Notes: generated by a model not told the origin, from the letters alone. A DNA stretch of 64,000 nt from Methanoregula sp. SKADARSKE-2 (GCA_030919125.1 CP121470.1:1532391-1596390); one strand, 5' to 3'. Shown: positions 35,638 through 46,726, counted from the stretch's first letter. Made by a program: numbers and translations.

Positions 35638-36607
35638 TGTCCTATCCCGAAATCATTTGACATCAGATGTAAATACCGATTTGAGCAACTTATCGAATGG
35701 GGCTATCCAGAGGATCATTCAGCAATGTGTCAATGATAAACCCGTTGTTGAGATTGCCCGGTATTTCCAGATTACCCGTCAACGAGTGTATCAGTTCATC
35801 AACCCGTTCAGAGAATCGGGGGAATATCCGGTACTCAGGCAATCTGGAAGAAAGTCCCAAGCCATCGATGATCGAGCAGAAGAGTTGATCCTCGCAACCT
35901 ATCAATCCAACAACATTGGTCCAATCCATCTGGAGAAGAAGAGTGAGGAAACACACGGGATCCATATCCCGCATAATCGAATCTATCGGGTATTTTTGAA
36001 CCACGGTCTGGTGGAGATCAACATGAAAAAACGGCAACAGCGGAAATATGTTCGGTATGAACATACTCATTCCATGTCGATGGGGCAGGGAGACTGGAAA
36101 GAGTTCGAACTTAAAGGATCGAAGAAATGGCTGATCGCATTCATGGATGATTCATCCCGCCTCATCACCTGCTACGGGGTATTCGATTCTCCAACTACCG
36201 AGAACACTCTCACGGTGCTGAATCAGGGATTCCAGATGTACGGTACGCCCCGCAAGATCCTCACTGACAACAGTACACAATTCGTTTCAGCTCGGAACCG
36301 TGAACAGGCCCATCATAAATTCGGAGAGTTCCTTGTTCATCACAACATAAAACACATCCCAACCAGGATAAAACACCCTCAAACGAACGGCAAAATTGAA
36401 CGGTTCTTCGGAGAAGTCGAACGAAGGATCGCGAAGTTCGGTTCTGTCGATAAAATTCTTCACTGGCACAATGTCATCAAACCTCACATGAGTGAGTCTC
36501 GATTTCGATGAGCCTTATAACGCATTCTGGTACCGTCTACCCCAGGAGAGGATTCTGAAATATGCGCAGAAATGGTTATATGTGTAAAATCAATTCGGGA
36601 TATCACA
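35638..36607 (+). mobile_element. IS481-family insertion sequence, copy 2
   Basis: TGT...ACA termini; 970 bp; 5 differences from copy 1. Confidence 0.88.
35657..36511 (+). CDS. IS481-family transposase, C-terminally frameshifted
   Basis: 284-aa ORF without internal stops; the gagt duplication at 36490-36497 diverts it from the LDFDEPYNAFWYRLPQERIL...WLYV tail. Confidence 0.75.
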   Translation: MTSDVNTDLSNLSNGAIQRIIQQCVNDKPVVEIARYFQITRQRVYQFINPFRESGEYPVLRQSGRKSQAIDDRAEELILATYQSNNIGPIHLEKKSEETHGIHIPHNRIYRVFLNHGLVEINMKKRQQRKYVRYEHTHSMSMGQGDWKEFELKGSKKWLIAFMDDSSRLITCYGVFDSPTTENTLTVLNQGFQMYGTPRKILTDNSTQFVSARNREQAHHKFGEFLVHHNIKHIPTRIKHPQTNGKIERFFGEVERRIAKFGSVDKILHWHNVIKPHMSESRFR

Positions 36608-36976
36608 AAAAAATTCAGCATCGAAAGTGATCCTCTTCAAGGACCACCAGACCGAAAGAACTCAGGTACGTCTGCTTCTGGCTCTGCTGAAACCCGGAAC
36701 TAACCTCCCATCAATCCCTCGACAAAGGAGGGCCTGATAATCGAGGGTTAATAGTTATCCCTGCCCGGGAGAAGACCGCAATCACGATAGAGTGTAAGAA
36801 CCGGTGAAGGGTACTGACAATCATTTTATTGGCCATCTCCTCTCTCTCTGAATCCTGAAAATGCCAGCTTTTAAGATCGCCACCAGACTTCATTTTCAGG
36901 ACAGAGAATTGATGTTACCACGTTGACGACTTGGGTATTTTGACAAAAGCAAAAAAATTACCAGAATAAAAGAAGT

Positions 36977-37771
36977 TTACGCCCGGTTCCGGGCGAGCTG
37001 CTTTGCCCCTTCGATGGCATCGTTGAGATTGCCGAGTTTATCGATGATGTTGAGCCTGATTGCGTCAGCGCCCCGGACCACCCGGCCGTTATCGATATCA
37101 GAACGTGCGATCGTCCGGTGGGATGTGACATCGGAGATAAACCCGTTGAAGCTGGCGTCAACAATGGACTGGGCGTACGCCTGCTCATCAGGGTTGAGGT
37201 GACGCGACGGGTTGCCCATATCTTTCCATACCCCGGATTTCACAATGGTGACATTGTAGCCCTCGTTCTCGTTCCACCGGCTGATATCCGAGAACTCCCA
37301 GATGACCCCGATCCCTGCGGTAAACGTATCGGGATTCGCATAGATTGCATCCGCATGGGAGCTCACGTAGTACGCAGCTGAGGTCGCCATGTCGCCCATC
37401 GAGACAACGACAGGCTTCTTTGTCTTGGCGTAATCGAGGTCCCGAATAATTTCCTGTGCCCCGGAGGGGGTCCCGCCCGGGCTATTGACCCGGAGGACGA
37501 TTGCCTCGACCATCGGATCGTCCGCTGCGTCACGGATCTCTCTCCCGATGACCTCGCTTCCCGCAACGCTCCCGTCCGATCGATCCCCGGCATCGATCTT
37601 CCCTTCGAGCCGGACAATTTTCACGCCGGCCTGATCTGCATGGGAAGAGAGAGATTGGGCGAGAAAACCGCCGAAGAAAATGAGGAGACCAAGTCCAATA
37701 AACAGACACCATTTCCGTCCCGGATGCGACCGGGGGGCGCTTCCTCCCGGCGGGACCAGAGTATATTCCAA
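36977..37771 (-). CDS. sppA: Signal peptide peptidase SppA (S49)
   Basis: N-terminal TM, LRVNSPGG, VVSMGDMATSAAYY, GIGVI, IDKLG. Confidence 0.9.
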   Translation of the reverse strand: MEYTLVPPGGSAPRSHPGRKWCLFIGLGLLIFFGGFLAQSLSSHADQAGVKIVRLEGKIDAGDRSDGSVAGSEVIGREIRDAADDPMVEAIVLRVNSPGGTPSGAQEIIRDLDYAKTKKPVVVSMGDMATSAAYYVSSHADAIYANPDTFTAGIGVIWEFSDISRWNENEGYNVTIVKSGVWKDMGNPSRHLNPDEQAYAQSIVDASFNGFISDVTSHRTIARSDIDNGRVVRGADAIRLNIIDKLGNLNDAIEGAKQLARNRA

Positions 37772-37776
37772 AACGT

Positions 37777-38463
37777 CTACACCTCGGGATAGAGTACGTC
37801 GAACTCGGATACGAGATTACTTCCGCACATATAATAGTTCTTCAAGTTGAGACGGATCATCTCGCCCTCAGAGTTGATATGCATCCCGCCGACAAGGGAC
37901 GGGGTATCGGATCCCCCGACAATGAACGGGAGGTGGATAAGCCGGATCTCGTCCACAAGCCGGTCGTGGAGCATGTGCCAGTTCAGGGTAGGCCCGCCCT
38001 CGATCATCAGCTTCTTTACATTGAATTTCTCCCGAAGGATCTTCATGAGCAGCGGGAGCTCGACATGATCTTCTCCCGCAACCAGAACGTTCACGCCTCT
38101 CCCGCGCAGCGCCGCTATTCGGTCCGCTGGCGCCTTCCCGCAGACCGCGATCACGGTGGGCGCATCGGTACCAAGGATATTTGCGGTGAGCGGGATCTCG
38201 GCCATGCTCGTCGGGATGACCCGGAGGGGGCTCTCTCCCGACACGAGCCGGACCGTCAGGAACGAGTTGTCGATCCGGATGGTATTTGCCCCTACCATGA
38301 TCGCGTCGTAATCGGCCCGGGTCTTATGCAGCAGCAGCTCGGTCTCATGGGCCATATATTTCATCAGGATCTTGCTCGACGCACCCTTCTTGAGCGTCAG
38401 TTTGCCATCCGCAGTGATCTCAGACATCATCAGCACGTGCGGGCGGGCGGTTGGTTCTGCCAT
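37777..38463 (-). CDS. RibD C-terminal / DHFR-fold reductase (2,5-diamino-6-ribosylamino-pyrimidinone 5'-phosphate reductase-like)
   Basis: TADGKL, DAIMVGANTIRIDN, LMIEGGPTL, LVDEI. Confidence 0.85.
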   Translation of the reverse strand: MAEPTARPHVLMMSEITADGKLTLKKGASSKILMKYMAHETELLLHKTRADYDAIMVGANTIRIDNSFLTVRLVSGESPLRVIPTSMAEIPLTANILGTDAPTVIAVCGKAPADRIAALRGRGVNVLVAGEDHVELPLLMKILREKFNVKKLMIEGGPTLNWHMLHDRLVDEIRLIHLPFIVGGSDTPSLVGGMHINSEGEMIRLNLKNYYMCGSNLVSEFDVLYPEV

Positions 38464-38590
38464 AGCTATAGTACCAATTGGACGGGGACTATAAATAATC
38501 TGGTGATGGCGGGGGAGATTATACGACGGAAAAGCGCTTCTTTAACGCCTGACGGCAACTATTAATGGATCGCATCCCCATGATCTATGA

Positions 38591-39223
38591 ATGAACATTA
38601 CTGCACTTCGCCCGAGGTTCATGCAGTACCTCGAGCCGGTAGCAGAGCTCTTTGTGAGGCTCCGGATCACCCCCAACCAGATCTCTACCCTCGCCCTCCT
38701 TGCCGGCATCGTCTGCGCTTACCTCTTCTTCCAGGGCCAGTTCGTGATCGGCAGCCTTGCCCTCCTCGTCTCCGCAATCTTTGACCTGATTGACGGGAGC
38801 GTGGCGAGAAAGACCAATGCCCACACGAATTTTGGCGCGGCCTTCGACTGGATCGTCGACAAGTACGTGGACGGCCTCGTCCTGCTTGGGGTGGGGATAA
38901 GCGGGATTGCGATCCTCAGCCGGTTCCTGCCGGTCCCCCCCCTCGGGGATTTCATCATCGTGGGTTTTGCAATCATCGGCTCGCTGATGAATACGTTCAT
39001 CAAGCCGGTGGTCTATGCGGAGATCGGGTACAAAGAAAAAGTCGAGGGGAAGATCGATGACCCCCTCGAAGGCGTCGGATTCTTCGGGAGGCCAGAGACA
39101 TTCCTTGCCCTCATCCTCGGCGGCCTCACCGGGTTCATCTGGGTCTCGGTCATTATCATTGCGGTCTGCACAAACCTCTCCGCCATCCAGCGGGTCGTGT
39201 ACCTGTACCGGACGCTCTCTTAA
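38591..39223 (+). CDS. CDP-alcohol phosphatidyltransferase (archaetidylinositol phosphate synthase-like)
   Basis: TPNQIS and the signature DLIDGSVAR...FGAAFDWIVDKYVD. Confidence 0.9.
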   Translation: MNITALRPRFMQYLEPVAELFVRLRITPNQISTLALLAGIVCAYLFFQGQFVIGSLALLVSAIFDLIDGSVARKTNAHTNFGAAFDWIVDKYVDGLVLLGVGISGIAILSRFLPVPPLGDFIIVGFAIIGSLMNTFIKPVVYAEIGYKEKVEGKIDDPLEGVGFFGRPETFLALILGGLTGFIWVSVIIIAVCTNLSAIQRVVYLYRTLS

Positions 39224-39375
39224 AGCCAGCAGTTTCAGCTTTTGTCCCGCCCTTTTACCGGGATCTTCTTTAAGCCCATATACGTCTCTGTCTTTGCGCT
39301 CATCGATTATGGCTCCGGTTTTTTTTCAGGCGCCAACCGGCTCGATGCACCAGCCGCGGGAAGAAAAAAACGGGG

Positions 39376-40014
39376 CTAATCCCGGTCCGAAAGTTCATCC
39401 GGCCCCAATTTGAGGATCTCGAAATCCCGCTTTCTTGTCGCAAGGCTCTCTGCCTGTGCCCGGCTCAACATCCTGCCCTGGATAAAATCGTATTCGCAGA
39501 GGATCCGAAAATTCCGGAGGAGCGTTGCCCGGAGGGGGTGGTGGTGGAATACGACGCTCTCCTGGTTCCGGAAGTACCATTTTACCCGCTGGAAGGTGAG
39601 CCAGTCAAGTTTCATGGCAAGCGTTGCATGGAACCTGAACGCTTCCTCGGAATCCATGTCGTACTTCCGCAGCGTGCAGTACGGGGCGAGGGTTCGGGAG
39701 AGCCGGAACCGGAACTCTCTCAGCTGTTCATCCGGAATGATATTGATAAAGACTGCCCGCGAATCGGGAAAGAACCCGTATCCCCCGATCGCATACCCGG
39801 GGACAGCCGGCTGGCCTGCACAGATCCGGGTAAAATCCGAGACCAGCCTCTCCTCATCGTTCGTGGAGAAAGGTCCGGCAAGCGTGATATGCGGAACGAC
39901 GAACCTGCTGCGAGATTTAAATTTCTCTGCAAGCTGATCGCTGAGCCGGCGGATCTGCCGGTTGACAGAACCCATCAACCGGATGTCAAGCAGGTACCGC
40001 GTCACCGTGCACAC
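39376..40014 (-). CDS. 2H phosphoesterase (2'-5' RNA ligase family)
   Basis: Two HxT motifs: PHITL and FHATL. Confidence 0.82.
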   Translation of the reverse strand: MCTVTRYLLDIRLMGSVNRQIRRLSDQLAEKFKSRSRFVVPHITLAGPFSTNDEERLVSDFTRICAGQPAVPGYAIGGYGFFPDSRAVFINIIPDEQLREFRFRLSRTLAPYCTLRKYDMDSEEAFRFHATLAMKLDWLTFQRVKWYFRNQESVVFHHHPLRATLLRNFRILCEYDFIQGRMLSRAQAESLATRKRDFEILKLGPDELSDRD

Positions 40015-40178
40015 ATCTCTGCTGTATCGGATGAAAAATTTTTCCGGCTCATCTCTTTTGGAGGGAGGGGGACATTCTCGGGCGGGAGCATCAGGTTCTC
40101 CGACCGCCGGATCAAACGCCCGGCCGGTACCGGTCCCGTCATTTTGGCAGAAACTGAGTGGGTGTCCCGGTCTTCCGG

Positions 40179-40997
40179 TTACTCGTCCTTCCCAAACGCA
40201 CTCCGGATCTCGCTGAAGTAGAGCTGGTACAAGTCATCCGCAAAGAGACCGAGGCGGGGGATCAGCATGAATAAACTGTAGGCGATTACCACAAGCGCAA
40301 CGAGGGCGAGGAGCTCCGCGATGACATTGTGCGCCCAGAAGAAACTCTCGTACCCGGACTCGCTGTTGCCCGCAATCTCCGGGTAATAGGGGAACCACTG
40401 GCTCGTGTATGCGAGGATGACAAAGACGTTCCGGAGAAGGTTCAGGAAATAGATCGTGGGGGCTATGAGAAGGAACGCGAGGATCTTCTGCCGGAGATCG
40501 CTTGGGACTGCAGAAGCGACACCAAGCATGATCGCTATGCTCTGGATACCCGTGCACGCAAGGATGATCTCTACCCGGAACGTATTTTTCATCAGGATAT
40601 TCCAGGAATCGAGCGTGACATGGTAGTTGAGGAGATCCAGTATCCACGAGACCTGGTTTACGACCTGGGCTATAAGCCAGTCCCCGAGGAACGGGATGTA
40701 CTGGAAGGGTGCGTAGATGAGGAAGGCCACGGCTGCCGCCCGTGAGATATTCATGACCCGCTCGTCTTCGAGAAGCAGGTACTTCGCAGTGATGATGAAG
40801 AACGGCACCGAGAGTGCGGCGAGCGTCGGGTACAGGAAATTATTTTCCGCAAAATACTCAGGCAGCGTGCCGAAGATGAAGAAAATAATTGCGGCCCATC
40901 CGAGAATCGCCGCATATTTCCGGTGGAGACCGGGCATCAGGAACGCAAGAAACCCGATACTGGATACCAGTACGAGATAGTCCAGATATTCGATCAT
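40179..40997 (-). CDS. artA: Archaeosortase A
   Basis: Multi-TM protein with EIILACTG catalytic Cys, LNLLRN, FFWAHNVIAE. Confidence 0.9.
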   Translation of the reverse strand: MIEYLDYLVLVSSIGFLAFLMPGLHRKYAAILGWAAIIFFIFGTLPEYFAENNFLYPTLAALSVPFFIITAKYLLLEDERVMNISRAAAVAFLIYAPFQYIPFLGDWLIAQVVNQVSWILDLLNYHVTLDSWNILMKNTFRVEIILACTGIQSIAIMLGVASAVPSDLRQKILAFLLIAPTIYFLNLLRNVFVILAYTSQWFPYYPEIAGNSESGYESFFWAHNVIAELLALVALVVIAYSLFMLIPRLGLFADDLYQLYFSEIRSAFGKDE

Positions 40998-41186
40998 CAG
41001 TAGAATATTCTCCTGTTGATTAAAAAAAGGATGCTGAAGTTACCATTACTGCCTGCATCCTGCCAATCCGGAGGGCCCGGGTTCTGCCCCCCCCCATCGA
41101 TGTTTCCCAACTCCGGTCGCATCCTTTTGGCAAAAAGTTGGTAATTACACGAGAGTTAATCTTCTCATCTCGCCAATAATTTACCG

Positions 41187-41498
41187 ATGTTCTGTCCTGA
41201 GTGCAAAAGTATGCTGATCTCGTCCGGGGGCCAGCTCAAGTGTAAAAAATGCGGCTACATCCGGATGTTCGAAGAGACTGACCCGATGAAGAAGAGGGTC
41301 AGCCGGAGCGAGAATGAGATCGTGATCGTGGAAGAGGAGGGACAGATAAAGACTATGCCCACCATCCAGATCAAGTGCCCGAAGTGCGAGAACAACCTCG
41401 CGTTCTGGTGGCTCCGCCAGCTGAGGGCAGCAGATGAGAGCGAGGTGCGGTTCTTCCGCTGCACGGAATGCAGCCACACCTGGCGCCAATACGATTAA
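41187..41498 (+). CDS. tfs: Transcription factor S (TFS)
   Basis: MFCPEC...CKKC and CPKC...QLRAADESEVRFFRCTEC zinc ribbons with acidic hairpin. Confidence 0.95.
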   Translation: MFCPECKSMLISSGGQLKCKKCGYIRMFEETDPMKKRVSRSENEIVIVEEEGQIKTMPTIQIKCPKCENNLAFWWLRQLRAADESEVRFFRCTECSHTWRQYD

Positions 41499-42741
41499 TT
41501 TTTTTCATAATGTCTCTTCCGTCCACCTTCTCGCTGGTACGTGAGAGTTTTACATAAAGTTTCAGCCGGTTCTTTACCTTTTTGTCCCTTTCGGGAGGAG
41601 GGGCTGCCATGCTGAAAAGTTTGTTTCTGTCGTTCCGGTTCTCCGGATTTCCAATAAGCCGGCGAGGAACGATTGAGATCACCGGGGTTGATGGAGGTTT
41701 GTGAAAGGGTCCTCCAGAAACGCTTAAACTCTCCTGCCCCGGCAAGAAATTACCGGAAGGATTCCAGGCGGATTCGGCCATCTCCTTAAGGACCGGCAGA
41801 GACCCGCTTTTCCTAAAGGGGAAGTACCTACTAGCGTTGATCGCCTGGATACTGATCGCACTCATCGGAATTTTCAGGGTTTGCCCCGACAATTACCGCG
41901 CAAAGTATCCTTTATCGAGAAGAGGTCACCAACGGCGAGACGCTCAAGGCTCATGAACCCGTCCGGAGTAACCCTCCGGTTTTTACTCCTGACACCCTTG
42001 CCACAAACGCGACCATTATCGGGAGGTTGAAAAAAGAGAAAAGAGGCCCTGATAAAACCCGGCAGGAGAGCTGAGACCGGCAAGCTCGAGGCAAAAATCC
42101 TCACCTGGGATCACAACGAGGGAACATCTCTCGTCCGGACCGGTAACCCCCGGGCCCAGCCGGGGGATTTCCCGGTGCCCTCCCTCCGTACGCCTCCGGA
42201 CTGAACATTTAGCTGGACAGAGCGAGGACCTGGCCCAAGGTGAGATCTGTCCGCTGATCACTTTTGAAGGGGCAGAGACATGCATGCGGTCTCAACGCGC
42301 CTTTCGAAGCAGCCCGGGTCTTCGGACTATCCGGCCTCTGCCGACCAGCCAGTCCATGGGTTCGAACCAGAGAGCAGAGCGGAACTGCGAGGAGGCGATG
42401 GAGATCGATCCCCATCCATCATCGTCTCAGGAAGGAACCGAGCCACGCAGAACCCGGTGAAGAGTTCCCCGGGGGTCTTAAACGATGTCCCGTCTTACTA
42501 CCTGGGGTGTCCTGCTCAACCGGTTCTCTTGCGGAGAATCCCTTTTTTTTGCTCCGGTTGTGGTAAAGAGCGAAGAGAGCGAAATGCACCTTTTTTTTTA
42601 AAACGGGCCCCGGACACTCTGGGATCCTCCGCGAGGGCCGGTCTTTTCGGTGCGGGAATGGGTTATCACCATTCACGGGTCCTGTCCGAAATTGCCGGAA
42701 GAAGCAGGTAAAAATAGTAGCAAACAGGACTTAATGCAGAT

Positions 42742-43074
42742 ATGCCCACGACAAAAGGTTATCTCCATACCCTTGCACTCATCAAACAACGGTACACAAG
42801 GGGCTCTTCCTGGACGCAGATCCTCCTCAGTTTTGGTATCATCACGGCCAATGCAAAGTTGTTCGAGGATTTTTTTACCGTTCACTTCGGTCTCACGATG
42901 CCGGTGGTGATCGCTCTAGCCATCCCTCTTTACGTGGTAATCTGTTACCTGATAGGACACGCCGATGAGGCGATCGGATTCTGGCAGGAGGAGAACGATC
43001 TGGGATACCGGGTCACCCCCATGTCCCGGGAGATGCTTGAGGGGATACGCGAGATCCGGCAGAAACTCAGATAA
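42742..43074 (+). CDS. Hypothetical small membrane protein
   Basis: 110 aa, two hydrophobic segments, charged helical C-terminus. Confidence 0.55.
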   Translation: MPTTKGYLHTLALIKQRYTRGSSWTQILLSFGIITANAKLFEDFFTVHFGLTMPVVIALAIPLYVVICYLIGHADEAIGFWQEENDLGYRVTPMSREMLEGIREIRQKLR

Positions 43075-43169
43075 GCCGGAAAATCCTCAAAAAAATTTCC
43101 CCGCCATTTTTACTTTTGGCGACGTATAAATACTAACTCTATAGATGTAGCATATATCGGAGTTTGTTC

Positions 43170-43626
43170 CTGAAGCAGGCAGAATATACGAACATTATCA
43201 GGGACGCAATCCAGAGCGAGATCGACGCAAATCTCTTTTACACGAGCGTTTCTTAGGAAGGTAAGCGATCCGGCCCTCACAACACTCTTCAAGGACATTG
43301 CAGGAGAAGAGAACCAGCACCGCGAGTTCCTCGCGAAGGCTTCCTGGCAAAGGGGCTCAAGACGATGAGCTTCGACACCGCACAAGACTACCGGGTCACG
43401 GACGCGCAGAAGACTCCCCCCTCAGGCAGGATATGCGACCCTTGACGGGCTTGTCCTTGCGATCAAGAAGGAGCTCGAATCGATGTTGATGTACAGACAT
43501 CTCGCGGATGCAAGCACGGACAATGACCAGAAGATCCTCTTCCTTGGCCTTGTCGCCATGGAGCGTTCCCACAAGAGCAGGCTTGAAGAGATCTATACCA
43601 ATATGGCATTCCCCAAAGTCTGGTAA
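43170..43626 (+). pseudogene. Ferritin-like / rubrerythrin-domain protein pseudogene
   Basis: AIQSEIDA, EENQH, KKELES, MERSHK...EEIYTNMAFPKVW spread over several frames; TAG at 43254; apparent start reads CTG. Not recognisable in the ORF track. Confidence 0.8.
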
Positions 43627-43739
43627 AGAGGTGGGGATCTCCTCTGAACGGGAAGGCACAAACTTCTTTTTTTTGCGCTTGGGAGATCGCTTGCCCAACC
43701 ACGCATCGGGAAAAGAGATTCAGAACCAATAAAAAAAAT

Positions 43740-44526
43740 TCAGAGGAGACCCGGCGCCTTCACCCGGAACTTTTGCCAGAGCACGCGGCCCATCACCCGG
43801 AAGGTGAAGTCGAGCTCCTCGAATCCCGGGATGTGGTGCTCCTTTAAGAGGAGACGGCCGGCATTCATCGAATCGCCTCCAAGGAGGGTTGCGATAAGCC
43901 GGTTTTCAGTCTTGCCGGAGAACTCGAGGATCTTCTTTGCCATGTCCCAGAGGTCGGAGTGTTTTGCAAGGACTTCGAAGGTCTTCTCGAACCGCTGGGC
44001 CGTTGCATCGCATAGCAGGTCGATGGGGTTGCCGTGGTTCCAGAACTGGGGCAGGAACCCGCTGAGCTGATCATTGCACGGATCTCATCTTCCGTGACCG
44101 GGAGGATTATGAGTGTGACATCCTTCATCAGCTCGACCATGGTGCCCTCCCATACCGAAAGTGATGACCTTGCCAAATGCCGGGTCGGTTACCGCTGATG
44201 AACAGTTCGAGGCCGGGCTCTGCCTGCTGCTCGACGATGACGCCTTCGATGCGTGCTTCGGGGTTGTACGCCTTTGCACCGTCAATGATCTTGGTGAATG
44301 CACCAAGAGCCGCCTTCTTGCTCCCGATACCGACGATCACACCGCCAGCATCGCTCTTGTGGATGATCTCGGGCGAGATGATCTTCATGACAACTGGGCA
44401 GCCCGGACATTCGGTAGCATACCCTGCATCTTCGCCGTTCTTTACGATCTGATAATCGGGAACGGGCAGGTCGTACTTCCGGAGAATATCATAACCTTCT
44501 GCTTCACTCAACATCTTCTGGATCAA
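43740..44526 (-). pseudogene. ADP-forming acetate-CoA ligase (beta-alpha fusion) pseudogene with large internal deletion
   Basis: ATP-grasp beta part (LSEAEGY, PVVMKI.S..I.HKSDAGGV, DPAFG..ITFGMGG) joins directly to the alpha C-terminus (NHGNPIDLL.DA...LLGGDSM); several frameshifts. Confidence 0.8.
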
Positions 44527-44810
44527 AAGTTCACCTCGGATCCTGGTCGCCTGAGTCTTCCTGGTTTTTCAGGGAATCGTAACTCTCGGGGGATTATTGC
44601 GTGCTGAAGGGTTCTTTTTGAAGAAGGATCATGCCCGCTTCTTATTTTTAAAAATTTTTGATAACGCAGAATTTAAATTTGCTGAATTTCCTGCCAATTC
44701 CGGCGCTTTGAGCAGGCTGAAATGAAGGCTTTAATGGTCAGGTTTTGGGAAATAAACCAGAAAGTTTATTGGAATTCATCATTATTGATAATGGTAATTA
44801 GAGGTACTCC

Positions 44811-46706
44811 ATGGAGAAGAGCGCGGATACCAAAAAAGAAGTGAAGTACTATACCCCCGATCCCTCGTACCGGCAGAACAGCTGGATAGGCGATTATGGC
44901 CGGGCGTATAGTGAATTTGAGAAAGATCCTGAAGCCTTCTGGGCGAAGATCGCAGAGAAGCTCCACTGGTTTTCGGGGTGGGAGAGAGTTCGCGAATGGA
45001 ATTTTCCGCACGCAAAATGGTTCGTGAACGGGAAGACGAACATCACCTACAACTGCCTCGACCGCCACTTGCTTGGCGAGCGGAGGAACAAGGTGGCACT
45101 CATCTGGAAGGGCGAGACCGGTGAGGAGGAACGGGTCTTCACGTACCGGCAGCTCTACCGCGAGGTCAACCGGTTTGCAAACGGGCTCAAAAAGCTTGGT
45201 GTGGTCAAGGGCGACCGGGTCTGCATTTACATGCCGGTAATTCCCGAACAGGTTATTGCGATGCTCGCCTGTGCCCGGATCGGGGCCGTGCACAGCGTTG
45301 TCTTTGGCGGGTACGGCGCATCGGCCCTCAACCAGCGGATTGTCGGCGCTGGTGCAAAGATCGTCATCACTGCGGATATGGCTGTTCGCCGGGGCAAGTC
45401 CACCCCGCTCAAGCATGTCATCGAAGAGGCGATCATCAACGCCCCGACCGTGGAGCATCTTATTGTCCTGCGCCGGGAACTCGGGCGTCCGGTCGAGATC
45501 CATGGCGAGATGGAGATCGACTTTTACGAGCTCTGTAAGGATGTCTCCTACGATTGCCCCGCGGAAGTCATGGACGCAGAGGATACCCTCTTCATCCTGT
45601 ATACGAGCGGAACAACCGGAACTCCCAAGGGAATTGTCCATACGGTCGGCGGGTACATGGTCGGCGTGTATTACACTACCAAATATATCTTCGATCTCAA
45701 AGAGAGCGATGTGTACTGGTGCACGGCTGATCCCGGCTGGATCACCGGCCACTCGTACGTGGTGTACGGGCCGCTCTCAGTCGGGGGGACCATCCTCATA
45801 TCGGAGAATACACCGGACTATCCCGACCCGGGGATCTGGTGGAAGATGATCGAGGAGTACGGGGTCAGCATCCTGTACACGGCACCAACTGCTATCCGCA
45901 TGTTCATGAAGCTGGGCCGGGATTGGCCGGACAAGTACAACCTCGGCTCCCTTCGTATCTTGGGATCGGTCGGAGAACCGCTGAACCCGGAGGCATTCGA
46001 GTGGTTCTACGAAGTAATCGGGAAGAAGAGATGCCCGATAGTCGATACCTGGTGGCAGACGGAGACCGGCATGCACATGATCACGACCGTTCTCGGTGAA
46101 CCGATGCGTCCCGGGTTTGCCGGTAAATCCATACCCGGCGTTGTTGCAGATGTGGTGGACAAGGACGGGAAGCCGGTCGAGCCGGGCAGGAGCGGCTTCC
46201 TCGTCATAAAGGAACCGTGGCCCTCCATGATGCGGACGGTGTACAATAATGAAGAGCGGTACCGGAGGTACTGGGAGATGATCCCCGGCTGCTACATGGT
46301 CGGGGATCTTGCGATCAAGGAGACGGACGGGAACATCATGGTCATCGGACGTTCTGACGACCTGATCATTGTCTCCGGCCACAATATCGGGACCGCCGAG
46401 GTCGAGAGCGCTCTTGTCTCCCACAAGGCTGTTGCGGAAGCAGCGGTTATCGGGAAACCGGATCCGCTCAAGGGCAACACCATCAAGGCGTTTGTAACCC
46501 TGAGGGTCGGACACCCGGCCAGCGATAAACTGAAGAACGAGCTGATCTACCATGTGCGGATCACGCTCGGACCGATCGCGATGCCATCCGAGATCGAATT
46601 TGCGGATTCACTTCCCAAGACCCGGAGCGGCAAGATCGTGCGCCGGGTTCTCAAGGCCCGCGAGATGGGTGTGGATCCTGGCGATATATCAACGTTGGAT
46701 GAATAA
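44811..46706 (+). CDS. acsA: AMP-forming acetyl-CoA synthetase
   Basis: YTSGTTGTPKG, TADPGWITGH, DTWWQTETG, PKTRSGK. Confidence 0.95.
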   Translation: MEKSADTKKEVKYYTPDPSYRQNSWIGDYGRAYSEFEKDPEAFWAKIAEKLHWFSGWERVREWNFPHAKWFVNGKTNITYNCLDRHLLGERRNKVALIWKGETGEEERVFTYRQLYREVNRFANGLKKLGVVKGDRVCIYMPVIPEQVIAMLACARIGAVHSVVFGGYGASALNQRIVGAGAKIVITADMAVRRGKSTPLKHVIEEAIINAPTVEHLIVLRRELGRPVEIHGEMEIDFYELCKDVSYDCPAEVMDAEDTLFILYTSGTTGTPKGIVHTVGGYMVGVYYTTKYIFDLKESDVYWCTADPGWITGHSYVVYGPLSVGGTILISENTPDYPDPGIWWKMIEEYGVSILYTAPTAIRMFMKLGRDWPDKYNLGSLRILGSVGEPLNPEAFEWFYEVIGKKRCPIVDTWWQTETGMHMITTVLGEPMRPGFAGKSIPGVVADVVDKDGKPVEPGRSGFLVIKEPWPSMMRTVYNNEERYRRYWEMIPGCYMVGDLAIKETDGNIMVIGRSDDLIIVSGHNIGTAEVESALVSHKAVAEAAVIGKPDPLKGNTIKAFVTLRVGHPASDKLKNELIYHVRITLGPIAMPSEIEFADSLPKTRSGKIVRRVLKAREMGVDPGDISTLDE

Positions 46707-46726
46707 TTCCCGAATCATACCCAACT

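Noticed and set aside
42195-42375. tRNA-like fragments (tagctggacagagcg and gggttcgaacc)
   Set aside because: About 150 nt apart, with no acceptor or anticodon stem and no recognisable bulge-helix-bulge intron.
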